Part shown: in pieces, positions 62,102 through 64,000 of the stretch
How positions within the stretch are numbered: the stretch's first letter is position 1
How the letters are laid out: each line of letters begins with the position of its first letter
Assembly (NCBI RefSeq): GCF_009834535.1
Contig: NC_045697.1
Location: forward strand, 44,642,001 to 44,706,000
From: Camelus ferus
Taxonomy: Eukaryota
Direction of reading: 5' to 3'
DNA length: 64,000 nucleotides
Made by a program: the position numbers and the translations under genes
Notes under the pieces: generated by a model
Database searches by the model: none
Seen by the model: only the letters and a program-made list of their open reading frames with translations
Told to the model about the DNA's origin: nothing

Positions 62102-64000
62102 AAGGATTATTTCCTGAGGATCTATGGCCAAAAGACTAAGCTAAATTTTGGGAGAGCCGGAAGTGTAACAGAATTGCTGCCCTCCGTGTCTGTTCGGGCA
62201 GTTTAGTTGCACACAGAGGGGACAGAATAGCCATGGTAGAAGGGAGATTGGATGATGGTAGAAGGGAGTTTGGATGATGGATGCCGGATGAGTTTCTATA
62301 TAAAATACTCTGTGTTGAGTTTGGTAAAAGTAGAGAGTGAGCCTGTAGTTCCCTCCAACGCTAATACATGAAAACACTTTATTTACCTTCAATTTTCCCA
62401 GATCACGGCTGGTGCTGCTGCCTTAATCTACCTTTTTTATGGGCAGTAAAATTCCAAGGTGTCATCTGGAATTTGAGAGCCATGCTCCATTAACACTAAT
62501 GAGTGACTTATGGTTAAATCTTCATGGATCAGGCTGCACATCTCCCTGTAGGTATTGGTTCACATTTCATTTCAGTGGGCATCGCACCGGCTTGCACTCG
62601 AATTGTTTGCATCATTTAACCTGTAAGGGTGTCCAACAAACCTATGATTTATGGCTTGGAAAGTGTTCAACTTAGTCCAGGTTGTTTTTGAAAACTTCTT
62701 GGTTTCTTGTTTATAGTTTTACATTCAGGTCAAATACAATTATAAATTTCCAGGCCCCTCCCTTATTTCTTGTAGGATGTGGGTCAAGATACTTTATATA
62801 TGGGCTAATAGGACTTGAAAGTGACTGCTCTAACAATAATGGAATCATATAAATTTACTTCTGAAAGCTAGAGGTTTAAGTTAAACCTCCCTGGCAGTTG
62901 AGCTGCCAGACCATGTATTTTTGTCGTTGTGATGATTTGTAAAATAACCTTCAGGTTTACAGGCATGTGGGCGGGCAATTTTTAAAACACTTTCATGAAA
63001 AACCCAAGGGGCCTCCAAAAAATCGTATTTCCATTTCCTACTAAACTCTGAATAGTGTTTATATTAATTGTATCTACCTTGATTGCAAATGCAAATTTAA
63101 TGTCAGGAAACATTGTTGAGCTGTGTCATTCAAGGTTAACAAGAAGGTGTTCTGTTATATGATTTAGTCATAAGCAGCAGCTTGAGGCCTCAGCCTCCCA
63201 CCGCTAATGAGTCACCTCCAGATTTTCCTCTCAAGCTATAAGATTTTGAGCCTTTGAACTGCTGGGGGGGGGGTGTCTTTGTGGCTGTGTGTTTGCCCTT
63301 TTGTTTAGGGAACTGGTCCTCGCCGGCAGTTTCTTAACAAATCTAGTCTCTGTTGCTGTCTGTCTGTTAGATGGGGAGCCATTAATAATTGGCAATTTGT
63401 AGCTGTCACAGTGATGCTGGGGACTTTCCAGATGGCTTTTCCCTTTTTCTCTAGCAGGACTAAGACTTACGCTTATTCCCTTTGATAGGGTTTTAATCCA
63501 GCAGACATTGTTCATGACCCCGACCCACAGTAGGGACAAGACTTGGACAGCTCATCTTTGGTCTGGGGAAGGGCCTGTGTCTTGTTTTCCCTGGGACAGG
63601 CTCACATGCTCATCAGAGCTTTGACTGTCTGATTGAAGGACAAGGCTTCAGGAGTGTAGGAGTCGGGCGTATTAGGATGGACATGGTGGAAGTATTGGGG
63701 TGTTGCAAGTATGTATTTGAAGAAAAAAAGAGAAAGAAATGTCCCATTGAATTTTTGAAATAACTAGACCAACTGTGACGGGAACAGAAAGTAGGGAGAG
63801 GAGGGCACTCTGTTTCCTTTGGGCCGGTCTCTGTGCTGCTTGCAGGTGAGGCACCTAAAACAAGTTTAGATCAAGGACAAAATGGGAGTTTCTGCTATTA
63901 AATTTAACAGCAAATAATTTTCTCACATCCACCTTTGTTCCGCTTCTTGTTCTACTACACCTCCCACAGAAAAACAGGAAAAAAAATGGAAAATGTTTCT

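Noticed and set aside
24735..63215. Scattered AP-1 motifs (TGAGTCA/TGACTCA)
   Set aside because: Several 7-mer matches are expected by chance in 64 kb, and clustering is not strong enough to call enhancers.

Overview
This is AT-rich, repeat-dense mammalian DNA, either intronic or intergenic. I cannot support any host protein-coding exon, and there are no prokaryotic features such as CRISPR arrays or operons. Three tRNA-Ala-derived SINEs of the camelid Vic-1 type, cetartiodactyl-type L1 3' ends and the absence of Alu, Bov-tA and PRE elements suggest a camelid genome (inference). Almost all ORFs in the track are transposon remnants or chance ORFs. The notable signals are non-standard retrotransposition products with readable target-site duplications (TSDs): a U6 snRNA-L1 chimera (81-1551), a SINE carrying about 135 bp of extra 3' sequence inside one 16-bp TSD (probable 3' transduction, 29232-29562), a 56-bp tailless L1 5'-terminus inside a 14-bp direct repeat (55773-55828), and a young ERV1-type solo LTR inside a SINE inside an old L1 (43096-44117). 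There are also many very short L1 3'-end insertions and one repeat-free block near 51 kb with a possible first exon. Repeat subfamily names come from recalled consensus sequences, not a database search; boundaries without TSDs are approximate. I found no evidence of a new multi-gene system.
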